Assembly (NCBI GenBank): GCA_040901985.1 | Contig: JBBDYC010000011.1 | Coordinates: 36,897 to 100,896, forward strand | Length of the DNA: 64,000 nucleotides | Direction of reading: 5' to 3' | DNA from: Gemmatimonadaceae bacterium | GTDB taxonomy: Bacteria; Gemmatimonadota; Gemmatimonadetes; Gemmatimonadales; Gemmatimonadaceae | Shown here: positions 42,913 through 51,777 of the stretch, one piece after another | Layout of the letters: the number at the start of each line of letters is the position of its first letter | How positions within the stretch are numbered: the stretch's first letter is position 1 | The notes under the pieces: generated by a model | The model's database searches: none | What the model saw: only the letters and a program-made list of their open reading frames with translations | What the model was told of the DNA's origin: nothing | Program-made: the position numbers and the translations under genes

Positions 42913-43079
42913 AGCTCCTCGCCGCGGTCCTCCGACGGATCATCGGGGCGCCGGACTATGCGGCCTACCTGGCGCACGTCCGGTGCCACCACCCGGAGCG
43001 GGTGCCGCTCACCGAGCGGGAGTTCCTCGCCGAGCGGCTCTCAGCGCGCTACGACCGGCCCGGGGCTCGTTGCTGCTGA
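42909..43079 (+). CDS. YbdD/YjiX (DUF466) CstA-associated small protein
   Basis: GAPDYAAYLAH...HP...EF...RY...RCC; ATGA overlap. Confidence 0.88.
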   Translation: MKLLAAVLRRIIGAPDYAAYLAHVRCHHPERVPLTEREFLAERLSARYDRPGARCC

Positions 43080-44237
43080 GGGCACCACCAGCGCGAAGAG
43101 CAGCGCCGCCACGGCGGCAATCGTCGCGCCCATCGTGAACGCCGTCGTCGGACCGAACCGCTCCCAGACCAGCCCAAAGAGGACCGACGCGGGCAGCGCG
43201 GCCACTCCGACCGCGGCGTTGAACCATCCGAACGCAGCCCCGCGGCGTGTCGGCGGGGCCAGGTCCGCCACCAGCGCCTTCTCCGGCCCTTCGGAAAGAC
43301 CGAAGTAGAGCCCGTAGACGGCGAAGAGCGCCCATGCGTGCCAGGCGTCGGTCGCCGCGCCGAAGCCGAGGTAAACGAGCGCGTAGACGGCCCAGCCGCC
43401 GAGGATCAATGGCCGCCGCCCGTACCGATCGGAGAGCGCGCCGGCGATGACCGAACTTCCCGACTTCATCACGTGCAGCATCGCCCAGAGGATCGGGATC
43501 AGCGCCGTCGCCACGCCCAGTTGCGAGGCGCGCAGCAGGAGGAAGGCGTCGGTCGAGAGACTGAGCGTGAAGAGGAAGATCACCGCGAGCAATCGCCAGA
43601 ACGGCGCGCCCAGCGGCGGGTCGGATGGCGCCGGTGGCGCGACCGCGTCCACCGGCATCTCGAGGCGCGGCGCCTCGCGCACGAAGACCACCAGCAGGAC
43701 AATCGCCAGCACGCCCGGCACGGCCGTCCAGAGAAAGAGCGTCCGCAGATCCGCCCACTGCATCGTCAGGACGACCCACGCGATCAGCGGCCCGAACACC
43801 GCGCCGAAGTTGTCCGACGCCCGATGCAGGCCGTAGGCGTACCCGCGCTGCGAGGGCTCGACCGAGTCGGCGATCAGCGCGTCGCGCGGCGCCGTGCGGA
43901 TCCCCTTGCCGAACCGATCGGTCACGCGGATCGCGAGCACCTGCCCCGTCCCGGTCGCCAGTCCGATGAGCGGGCGGACGAGTCCGGCGATGCTGTAGCC
44001 CCAGACGACGAGCGGTTTGCGCCGCCGCACCCGGTCCGACCACCATCCCGCGGGGGCGCGGAGGAGCGCCGAGACGCTCTCGGCCACGCCCTCGATGACG
44101 CCGAGTGCGGCCACCGAGACGCCCAGCACGCGCGAGAGGAAGAGTGGCAGGAGCGGATAGATGATCTCGCTCGCGAGGTCGGTGAGAAAGCTCACCGCCG
44201 CCAGCGCCTTTACGTTCCGCGGGAGCGCCGGCCTCAC
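43041..44237 (-). CDS. MFS transporter
   Basis: TDLASEIIYPLLPLFL, SDRVRRRK, GKGIRTAPRDALIAD, SDRYGRR. Confidence 0.9.
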   Translation of the reverse strand: MRPALPRNVKALAAVSFLTDLASEIIYPLLPLFLSRVLGVSVAALGVIEGVAESVSALLRAPAGWWSDRVRRRKPLVVWGYSIAGLVRPLIGLATGTGQVLAIRVTDRFGKGIRTAPRDALIADSVEPSQRGYAYGLHRASDNFGAVFGPLIAWVVLTMQWADLRTLFLWTAVPGVLAIVLLVVFVREAPRLEMPVDAVAPPAPSDPPLGAPFWRLLAVIFLFTLSLSTDAFLLLRASQLGVATALIPILWAMLHVMKSGSSVIAGALSDRYGRRPLILGGWAVYALVYLGFGAATDAWHAWALFAVYGLYFGLSEGPEKALVADLAPPTRRGAAFGWFNAAVGVAALPASVLFGLVWERFGPTTAFTMGATIAAVAALLFALVVPSAATSPGPVVAR

Positions 44238-45436
44238 TTCACGCCGGCGGCCGGTCGCAGCGTGTACCACTCGGCCTTGTCGGCGCGCTGCGGAAAGGCC
44301 GCCGCATACGACGCGCGCCACCGTTCGGCCACGTCCGCGGCGGCGCTCGTGTCCACGATCGCCCAGACCGCACCGCCGAATCCGGCGCCGAACGCCGTCG
44401 CCCCGTGCGCGCCGGCCGCCATCGCCGAGCGCGCGAGGAACATCGTCTCCGGCACCTGGTTGCGGAGCGCCGTCTCGGCGCCCTGTTGCGACTCCACCGC
44501 CAGCCGCCCGAGCGCTGCGCCGTCGGCGGCGCTGATGGCCGCCAGCGCGCCGGGCACCACCCGCTCCGTCTCCGACCGGAACTGCGCGAGCCGCGCCAGT
44601 TGCAGCGGCGCGTCGGGAGAGACGGCGGCGATCCGCTCGAGACGCGCCGGCGCGTCGGGCGACGACTCCAGCGCCCCCGCGAGGGAGCAGTCCGCGCGAG
44701 CGGTGGCGGCGTTCCACTGCGCAAGCAGCGCGTGCACGAGGTCCGCCGCGCGATTGTAGTCCGCCTGCGCGCCGCCGGTCTTCGTCGCCCGCACGCCGCT
44801 GACGCCGACGAGGATGCTCCAGCGGGCCGGGAAGGTCGCCTGCCCCACCATTGCGGCCGGGAGGTACCGGAACGCACCGACCATCCCCGCCGAGTTGCAG
44901 AGGATCGCGACGTGATCCTGCGCCCCGCCGCGCGTCCCGACGCCTACCTCGCCGGCAAACGGACCGAACGGCGCGCCCATCTCGATCGCACCACAGTACT
45001 CCGCCAGCGCGAGCCGCGTCGGCAGGTGTTGCTTCCACTCCGGACGCGCCTTGAGCTCGTTCACCTCGGCGAGCGCCAGGGTGAGCATCGTGACGAAGGC
45101 GCTCGAACTGGAGAGCCCCGCCGAGCGCGGGAGCGAACTCGACGAGACGATCCGGGCGCCGACCGGGAGCGGGCCGAAGTCCCGGGCCAGCCGTCGGGCG
45201 ACCGCGGCGACGTAGGCGCCGCCGTGCGCGCCGCCGGGCCGCGCGTCGCGGCGGAGCGGGATCCGCGCGCGGCGGCCGGTCTTGCCGTCCTCGAGGTCGA
45301 GCACCGGCGAGTCGAGCGGCTCGACCTCCGCCGTGATCCCCTCGCTGATGGCGCAGGTGAGCGAGACCCCGCCGCCGTAGTCCACGTGCTTGCCGAAGAG
45401 CTCGACCCGCCCCGGCACGAAGAGCGAATGCGTCAC
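44234..45436 (-). CDS. Galactokinase-like GHMP sugar kinase
   Basis: PGRVELFGKHVDY, PRSAGLSSS, GAGFGG. Confidence 0.88.
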   Translation of the reverse strand: MTHSLFVPGRVELFGKHVDYGGGVSLTCAISEGITAEVEPLDSPVLDLEDGKTGRRARIPLRRDARPGGAHGGAYVAAVARRLARDFGPLPVGARIVSSSSLPRSAGLSSSSAFVTMLTLALAEVNELKARPEWKQHLPTRLALAEYCGAIEMGAPFGPFAGEVGVGTRGGAQDHVAILCNSAGMVGAFRYLPAAMVGQATFPARWSILVGVSGVRATKTGGAQADYNRAADLVHALLAQWNAATARADCSLAGALESSPDAPARLERIAAVSPDAPLQLARLAQFRSETERVVPGALAAISAADGAALGRLAVESQQGAETALRNQVPETMFLARSAMAAGAHGATAFGAGFGGAVWAIVDTSAAADVAERWRASYAAAFPQRADKAEWYTLRPAAGVK

Positions 45437-46281
45437 GGGCGCGGCGTCCGTCGGCCCAGCCGCGCCTCGAGCGCGGCGACGTCGCGGCGGTGCGAGAGGT
45501 CGGGGACGGCCACCGCCTGACGCACCGCGTGGAACCGCGCGCCGCGCTCGTGGATGGCGCGCCGGACGGCGTCCGGGAGTTCGAGCTCGCCGCGCGCTGA
45601 CGGCTCGATGGCACCGCAGTCGTCGAAGATCGCATCGGTGAAGCGCCAGAGGTTCATCGAGACCCACGGTGCCGGCGGCATGGCCAGCGGGTGCGAGGCG
45701 TCGGGCTTCTCGACGATGTCGCGCAGGGTGTCGTCGGGGGCGAGCTCGAGCAGCGCGAATCGGCGGATCCGGACGTCATCCACCGCGCCGTCGGCGGTGA
45801 GGGCGGCCGCGTCGAAGGCGACGCACCCCGGCCCGTCGAGTTCGACGAGCACGGCAATTGACTCCGGCGGATAGAGATTGTCCGCATTGCAGACCAGGAA
45901 GTGACGCACGCCGGCGTCATCTCGCGGCGCGCCGACCGGCGCCTCAACGGCGGCGCGTGCGGCAAGCAGGGCGTCGGCGGTCCCGCGCGGCTCGGGCTGC
46001 ACGGCGTAGCGCACGCGAAGCCGCGTCGGCGGTGCCTCGTCGTCGTACCGCGCGCGGATCGCATCCGCGTCCGGCGCGATCACCAGCACCACGTCGCGCA
46101 CGCCGCCGTCGGCGAGCGCGTGGAGGAGGTGGTCGAGCAGCGGCCAGCCGTGCACCGGCATCAGCGCCTTGGTTCCCCGCTCCGCCGCCGCGCGCTGGGC
46201 GTCCGTCAACCGCGCGCCGTCGTCCTCCCGGAGCCGCGTGCCCAGTCCGCGCGCAAGGACGACCGCGAGCGTCGCGCGCAT
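45433..46281 (-). CDS. Sugar-phosphate nucleotidyltransferase
   Basis: LARGLGTR, KALMP, QPEPRGTADA, NADNLY, IVEKP, RGELEL. Confidence 0.88.
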   Translation of the reverse strand: MRATLAVVLARGLGTRLREDDGARLTDAQRAAAERGTKALMPVHGWPLLDHLLHALADGGVRDVVLVIAPDADAIRARYDDEAPPTRLRVRYAVQPEPRGTADALLAARAAVEAPVGAPRDDAGVRHFLVCNADNLYPPESIAVLVELDGPGCVAFDAAALTADGAVDDVRIRRFALLELAPDDTLRDIVEKPDASHPLAMPPAPWVSMNLWRFTDAIFDDCGAIEPSARGELELPDAVRRAIHERGARFHAVRQAVAVPDLSHRRDVAALEARLGRRTPRP

Positions 46282-48050
46282 CACCGCTCGGTGGTGCGCC
46301 AGAAACCCTGCAGCACCCGGTACGCGCCGTAGCCGCTGACCGTGAAGATCGCGAGCCAGAGCCAGAGGAGCGGCCGGTTCCCGGCGAGGAAGCTGCCGGC
46401 GCCGAAGAGCGCCGCGTACACGAAGAAGATGCCGAAGACCCAGCCGAGCATCGCCTGGGGAATCGAATCGGGGGACGCGCTCACGCCTGACGCGGCGCGG
46501 ATCTGCGCCCACCCCGGGCCGGCGGGGCGGACGAGCGCATAGAAGCGCGCCAGCGTCGTGGCGTCGGTCCGCGGCCCGAGGAACGCGGCGGCGACCCAGA
46601 TGACCGTCGTCGCACCGACGGTGATGAGGAGCGAGATGTGCGTCGGCACGGCGGCCCCCATCCGTCGCGCCACCTCGAATCCGATGGCGATCAAGAACGA
46701 GCCGGCCATCGCCGCGACCTCCGCCGACGCGTTCACGCGCCACCAGTACCAGCGCAGCAGGTAGAGCAGCCCCGTGCCGGCGCCGATCGAGAGCAGCAGC
46801 GTGAACCCCGCGCGGGCCGTCTCGATGTAGAAGGTCAGCCCCGCCGCGACCACCATCAGCCCCGCCGTGACGAACCGGCCGACGGCCACGTAGTGCCTCT
46901 CCGTCGCGTCGGGCCGGATGAACCGCCGGTAGAGATCGTGGACGAGGTACGACGTCCCCCAGTTCAGGTGCGTGACGATCGTCGAGATGTACGCCGAGAG
47001 CAGCCCCGCCACCATCAGCCCCAGCCACCCGACCGGGAGGAAGGTCAGCATCGCCGGATAGGCGATGTCGTTGCCGATCAGCGCCGCCGGCACGCCGGGG
47101 AACGCGCGCGAGATGTCGTCGAGCTGCGGAAAGACGAGCAGCGACGCGAGCGCGACGATGATCCAGGGCCAGGTGCGGAGCCCGTAATGCGCGACGTTGA
47201 AGAAGAGCGTGCCGAACAGCGCGTCCTTCTCGCTCCGCGCGGCGAGCATCCGCTGCGCGATGTAGCTCCCGCCCCCCGGTTCGGCCCCCGGATACCAGAC
47301 CGACCACCACTGCACCGTCAGTGGCAGGATCAACACCGTGAGCGTGACCGTCCAGTCGGAGAGGTCGGGAAGGAAGGCATAGGTCTGCGCCGGCAGTTGC
47401 GCAAAGAGGCCGCCCAGCCCGCCGACCTCCGGCCGCTGCAGCGCGAACCACGCCGCGGCAAACGACCCCATCATCGCGACGCCGAACTGGATGAAGTCCA
47501 CCACCAGCACGCCCCAGAGTCCCGAGACCGTGGCGAACCCGACATTGAACAGCGCGCAGACCAGCAGGGTCTGCCACATCGGCCAGCCGAGGAGGATCGA
47601 GGCGATCTTGGCGGCGGCCAGGTTCACCGTCGCCATGATGACGCAGTTGAAGACCAGGCCGAGGTAGACGGCGCGGAATCCACGCACGAAGCTGGCGGCC
47701 TTGCCGGAGTAGCGGATCTCGTAGAACTCGAGGTCCGTCAGCACGCCCGAGCGACGCCACATCCGCGCGTAGAAGAAGACCGTGGCCATCCCGGTGAGGA
47801 GGAAGGCCCACCAGACCCAGTTGCCGGCCACGCCGCCGCCGCGCACGAGGTCGGTGACGAGGTTCGGCGTGTCGGTGCTGAAGGTCGTCGCGACCATCGA
47901 GACGCCGATCAACCACCAGGGTGCCGCGCGTCCCGAGGTGAAGAACTCGGCCGTGTTGGTGCCGGCGCGTCGGGCGAGGAAGAGCGCCGGCACGAAGGCC
48001 ACCGTGAGCGCGAGGACGACGATCCCCCAGTCGAGAGCGGTCAGTCTCAC
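46281..48050 (-). CDS. Sodium:solute symporter
   Basis: FFTSGR..PWW..G.SMVATTF, YIAQRMLAA, many TM helices. Confidence 0.92.
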   Translation of the reverse strand: MRLTALDWGIVVLALTVAFVPALFLARRAGTNTAEFFTSGRAAPWWLIGVSMVATTFSTDTPNLVTDLVRGGGVAGNWVWWAFLLTGMATVFFYARMWRRSGVLTDLEFYEIRYSGKAASFVRGFRAVYLGLVFNCVIMATVNLAAAKIASILLGWPMWQTLLVCALFNVGFATVSGLWGVLVVDFIQFGVAMMGSFAAAWFALQRPEVGGLGGLFAQLPAQTYAFLPDLSDWTVTLTVLILPLTVQWWSVWYPGAEPGGGSYIAQRMLAARSEKDALFGTLFFNVAHYGLRTWPWIIVALASLLVFPQLDDISRAFPGVPAALIGNDIAYPAMLTFLPVGWLGLMVAGLLSAYISTIVTHLNWGTSYLVHDLYRRFIRPDATERHYVAVGRFVTAGLMVVAAGLTFYIETARAGFTLLLSIGAGTGLLYLLRWYWWRVNASAEVAAMAGSFLIAIGFEVARRMGAAVPTHISLLITVGATTVIWVAAAFLGPRTDATTLARFYALVRPAGPGWAQIRAASGVSASPDSIPQAMLGWVFGIFFVYAALFGAGSFLAGNRPLLWLWLAIFTVSGYGAYRVLQGFWRTTER

Positions 48051-49432
48051 GGCTGCGCCCCCTTCCAGTTCCCGCGCGTGAAGTCGGGGAAGCGCATCGG
48101 CGCGCTCCCCTGGGCCACGGACATCTGGCTGAGCGGCACCGGCGCGCTCCACGCCGCCGCGTCGTACACGTCGAAGTCGGGCGCGAGACCCTCGCGCAGG
48201 CACTGCACCAGGCGCCACATCATCACGAAGTCCATCCCGCCGTGGCCGCCCTTCCGCCGGGCGAGCTCGCCGATGTTCGTCCAGAGCGGGTGTTCGTGCG
48301 AGACCTTCCACGCGTCAATCGGGCCGAAGCGGTGTCCGCCGGCCTGGCCTTCGACGAATATGCGCGGCGGGTAGTCCTCAAAGACGCCCTTGGTGCCGGC
48401 GACGCCGTTGAGCCGGGAGTACGGGCGCGGGCTCGACACATCGTGCTGGAGGACGATCGTGCGGCCATTCACCGTGCGGATCAGCGAGGTATTGAGGTCG
48501 CCGGTGATGTAGCGCTCGCGCCACCTGGGGTCGGAGCGGTCGGCGACCGTCGCCTCGCGGTGGAGCGTCAGCCCGCGCTCCTCCGTGCTCATCGAGACGA
48601 GGTAGTCGAACCGGTCGCCGGCGTGGATGTCCATATACCAGGCCACCGGCCCGAGCCCGTGGGTCGGGTAGAGGTTGCCGTTGATGCGCGTGTGCCAGTC
48701 GCGGCGCCAGAGCCCCTCGTCCCGCGTCTCGAAGAGGATCGTGCGCAGGTCGTGGATGTAGGCAGCGGAGCCGTGCTGGATCTCGCCGAGGACGCCGTCG
48801 TGGACCATCCGGTTCACGAGCATCTCGTTGTAGCCGTAGTTGCAGTTCTCGAGCTGGAGGCAGTGGCGGCGGCTTCGTTCGCTCGCGTCCACCAGCGACC
48901 AGAGGTCGCGGAGCGTCACGCCTGTCGGGCACTCCGTGGCGCAGTGCTTGCCGGCGCGGAGCGCGGCCAGCATCACCGGGACGTGCCACTCCCAAGGCGT
49001 GGCCGTATAGACGAAATCCACGTCGTCGCGCTGGACGAGGCGCTCGAAGTCCCGGTCGCCGGCTGTGTAGAGCGCGGGCTCGGGCGCTCCGGCGGCCGTG
49101 CACATCGCCACTGCGAGGGCGGCCTTTTCGGGGACGATGTCGGCGAGCGCCGTGACCTGCACGCCGTCAATGGCGAGCAGCTCGGAGAGGATGCTGCGCC
49201 CGCGGAGGCCGGTGCCAACAATCGCGAGGCGGACGGTCTCGTGCCGCTCGAAGGGGACGCCGCGCATCGTGGCGGCGGCAGCGGCGCGCACGGGTGCCGC
49301 GTCGGGACGCTCGGCGGCCGAGCTCCACTCGGCGATTGCGGGCATCGGGGTGAGCGCGCCGATACCAAGCGCGCCAACGCCCGAGGCCAGCGCGGCCTTC
49401 AGGGCGTCGCGGCGAGAGGGGTGCTCGGACAC
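48047..49432 (-). CDS. Tat-exported NAD-dependent glycoside hydrolase, GH109 (alpha-N-acetylgalactosaminidase-like)
   Basis: SRRDALK Tat motif, GTGLRG, TPWEWH, LENCNY, YPTHGLGP, GGHGGMD, DVYDAAAWS. Confidence 0.9.
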   Translation of the reverse strand: MSEHPSRRDALKAALASGVGALGIGALTPMPAIAEWSSAAERPDAAPVRAAAAATMRGVPFERHETVRLAIVGTGLRGRSILSELLAIDGVQVTALADIVPEKAALAVAMCTAAGAPEPALYTAGDRDFERLVQRDDVDFVYTATPWEWHVPVMLAALRAGKHCATECPTGVTLRDLWSLVDASERSRRHCLQLENCNYGYNEMLVNRMVHDGVLGEIQHGSAAYIHDLRTILFETRDEGLWRRDWHTRINGNLYPTHGLGPVAWYMDIHAGDRFDYLVSMSTEERGLTLHREATVADRSDPRWRERYITGDLNTSLIRTVNGRTIVLQHDVSSPRPYSRLNGVAGTKGVFEDYPPRIFVEGQAGGHRFGPIDAWKVSHEHPLWTNIGELARRKGGHGGMDFVMMWRLVQCLREGLAPDFDVYDAAAWSAPVPLSQMSVAQGSAPMRFPDFTRGNWKGAQP

Positions 49433-49471
49433 CCGGCAAGTATGCAGTACGTACGGGCGTGACGCGAGGGG

Positions 49472-49987
49472 TTACGCGCGACGCTTGTCGCGTTCGAGCA
49501 TCGCGCGAATGATGGCCACGGCCTGCTGGTCCTTGGGGCGATCGGCCGCCTCTTTCATTCGTACGATGGACTGCAGCGAGGCGGCGGGCACATCAATGCC
49601 GTCTACGTCATAGTGGTCGGCATCGCGGGCGAGTTCGTCGTAGCCGCTCACGCCAGCGGGCGCAAAGAGGATGTCGAGCCGACCTGCCGCCGTGACGAGG
49701 TTCCAGACGTCGGCGCGCGCGAGCATCTGGGCTGAGCAGTCGAACACGAGGCCCTCCGGCACGGACGCCGTGAAGACCTTTGCGTCGAGTGCGCGCAAGG
49801 CGGCCGCGAGACGCTCAAGATTGGCCGTCTCCCGTTCTGGAGTGATGTCGCTGTCGTAGGTCGCCAACGGGTAGCCCGCCAGCCGCGCCGCCACCGCCCC
49901 GATCATCACGTAGCGCACGTCGTGCTCAGAAAGCGTACGCACCAACCGCACAGGATCGAACGGAATCGCTGTCGGAAACTCAGGCAC
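49472..49987 (-). CDS. Polymerase-beta-type nucleotidyltransferase, putative toxin-antitoxin component
   Basis: IGAVAA...ATYDSDI, RLDIL, K.AADRPKD. Start taken as GTG 49987, overlapping the XRE stop. Confidence 0.75.
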   Translation of the reverse strand: MPEFPTAIPFDPVRLVRTLSEHDVRYVMIGAVAARLAGYPLATYDSDITPERETANLERLAAALRALDAKVFTASVPEGLVFDCSAQMLARADVWNLVTAAGRLDILFAPAGVSGYDELARDADHYDVDGIDVPAASLQSIVRMKEAADRPKDQQAVAIIRAMLERDKRRA

Positions 49988-50393
49988 GACGCCTCGCACG
50001 CGCAAAGAATGCGGCGCCATTGGCGAGTTCCTGCATCCGCGCCAACGGAGTCATTGCTCGGATGCGATCGGCCTCATCCAGCCATTCCGGGGCCACCACT
50101 GGCGCCATCGCCAACACGATCTCTGGCGCACGCTCGGCCACCTTCTGCAGCGGCGCGCGCTGCGAGTAAATCGCGTCCCCGAGCGCCAACGGCACCACGC
50201 CATCCGGGAAACGCGCGTGAATCTCCATCGCGCCCCCCAGTGCAGCGATATAGTCACGTAGCGCGGCCACCGACACGTCATCACGCCGCTCAATCTTGGA
50301 GACGGCCGACTGCGACACACCCATCGCGGAGGCCACTGCGACTTGGGACGTGGCGCGCGACTCACGGAGTTGGCGGAGGCCGAAGCTTGACAT
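49980..50393 (-). CDS. XRE-family (HigA-like) HTH protein with C-terminal extension
   Basis: LRQLRE..SQVAVASAMGVSQSAVSKIERRDD..ALGG..IHARFPDG. Confidence 0.85.
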   Translation of the reverse strand: MSSFGLRQLRESRATSQVAVASAMGVSQSAVSKIERRDDVSVAALRDYIAALGGAMEIHARFPDGVVPLALGDAIYSQRAPLQKVAERAPEIVLAMAPVVAPEWLDEADRIRAMTPLARMQELANGAAFFARARRRA

Positions 50394-50403
50394 TCTATCT
50401 AGG

Positions 50404-50431
50404 AATATATCTATTTGGCATATTGTGTCAA
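50404..50431 (-). promoter_or_regulatory. Sigma70-type promoter TTGACA-N16-TATATT for the XRE/nucleotidyltransferase pair
   Basis: Perfect -35 hexamer in an AT-rich patch; the -10 lies about 10 nt before the ATG. Confidence 0.6.
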
Positions 50432-50473
50432 GTGCAGCGAGTTTCAAGGCGACAAGCCAAGTCCACTGGATTG

Positions 50474-50514
50474 CTATTCACTGTATGAATGATTATCATT
50501 CACGATATGAATAG
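50474..50514. promoter_or_regulatory. AT-rich inverted repeat over the ATPase start
   Basis: CTATTCA-N5-TGAATGAT-T-ATCATTCA-N5-TGAATAG. Confidence 0.65.
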
Positions 50515-51730
50515 AATAACAAACCCCCGTCTCCTCGCCAGTACTTTGGCGCTCCGCCTGAGGGCGATGCCAGTGCTCGTGGTTACCGGCGCACGCCAGA
50601 CCGGCAAGAGCACCCTCGCCCAGCAACTGGTGCCCGGCGAACGACGCTACGTCTCGCTCGACGACCTCGACGTCCTCGATGCCGCCAAGCGCACGCCCGA
50701 CGCGCTTGTCGGCGGCCACGAACCACTCACCCTCGACGAAATCCAGCGCGCGCCCGATCTGCTGCACGCCATCAAGCGCAACGTTGACCGCCACCGGATC
50801 AACGGGCGCTTTCTGCTCACCGGCTCCGCCAACCTGCTGCTGATGCGGAACGTCGCCGAGTCGCTTGCCGGCCGCGCCAGCTACCTCACGCTCTGGCCGA
50901 TGTGTCGGCGCGAGCAGGTCGGTGCAGGCCGCGCCGGACTCTGGGATGAGTTGCTCGCCACCGCCGACACCAATTGGCTCGAGGTGTTGGCCGATTCGCC
51001 CGAGCAACGGGAGGACTGGCGCGCCCTCGCGCGGCGCGGCGGCTTCCCCACCCCTGCCCTCCAGATGCACACCGCCGCCGACCGCTCCATTTGGTTCGAT
51101 GGCTACGTGCGCACCTACCTCGAGCGCGACCTCCAGGACGTCGCGGCCATCTCCGCGCTGCCCGACTTTCGCCGCCTGATGCGCGCCGCATCCCTGCGGA
51201 TTGGCCAACTGCTCAACCAGACCGAATTGGGCCGTGACACCGCGCTCCCGCAGCCCACGGTCCACCGGTGGTTGAACCTGCTGGAGACCTCGTATGTGCT
51301 GGTGCGCCTGCCGGCGTACGCGGTGAATCGCACCAAGCGGCTCATCAAGTCGCCCAAGCTGTACTGGGCTGACACCGGCGTGGCGTTGCACTTGGCAGGG
51401 AATCCCGATCCAGAGGGGGCGCATCTGGAGAACCTGGTCCTGCACGATCTCCTCGTCTGGCGCGACCAGCGGCTCGACCCCGCCGAGCTCACCTACTGGC
51501 GCACGGCCACGGGTGAGGAGGTGGACTTCGTGGTCGAGGCCAACGGCCAACTGCTCCCCATCGAGGTCAAGGCCACCACGCGCCCGCGGCTGGCCGATGC
51601 CAAACATCTCATCTCATTCCGCGAGGAGTACGGCAACAAGTCGCGCGCCGCCCTGTTGCTGCACACGGGAAGTGCGTTGGAGTGGCTCGCCCCCGGCGTC
51701 CTGGCCGCCCCGTGGTGGCGGGTGCTGTGA
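50507..51730 (+). CDS. AAA_14 ATPase with DUF4143 and C-terminal PD-(D/E)XK-like motif
   Basis: GARQTGKST, LDEIQ, LTGS, LAGR, KSPKLY..DTG, EVDFVV...PIEVK. Confidence 0.92.
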   Translation: MNRITNPRLLASTLALRLRAMPVLVVTGARQTGKSTLAQQLVPGERRYVSLDDLDVLDAAKRTPDALVGGHEPLTLDEIQRAPDLLHAIKRNVDRHRINGRFLLTGSANLLLMRNVAESLAGRASYLTLWPMCRREQVGAGRAGLWDELLATADTNWLEVLADSPEQREDWRALARRGGFPTPALQMHTAADRSIWFDGYVRTYLERDLQDVAAISALPDFRRLMRAASLRIGQLLNQTELGRDTALPQPTVHRWLNLLETSYVLVRLPAYAVNRTKRLIKSPKLYWADTGVALHLAGNPDPEGAHLENLVLHDLLVWRDQRLDPAELTYWRTATGEEVDFVVEANGQLLPIEVKATTRPRLADAKHLISFREEYGNKSRAALLLHTGSALEWLAPGVLAAPWWRVL

Positions 51731-51777
51731 GTAGGGGTCGGGCGGTCGCTGCCTGCAGCGTGCGTCGCTGCCATCCA

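Noticed and set aside
43071..43079. ybdD ending TGC TGC TGA as a possible selenoprotein
   Set aside because: Both terminal Cys are already encoded, so the TGA is the normal stop. No SECIS-like hairpin was recognised.
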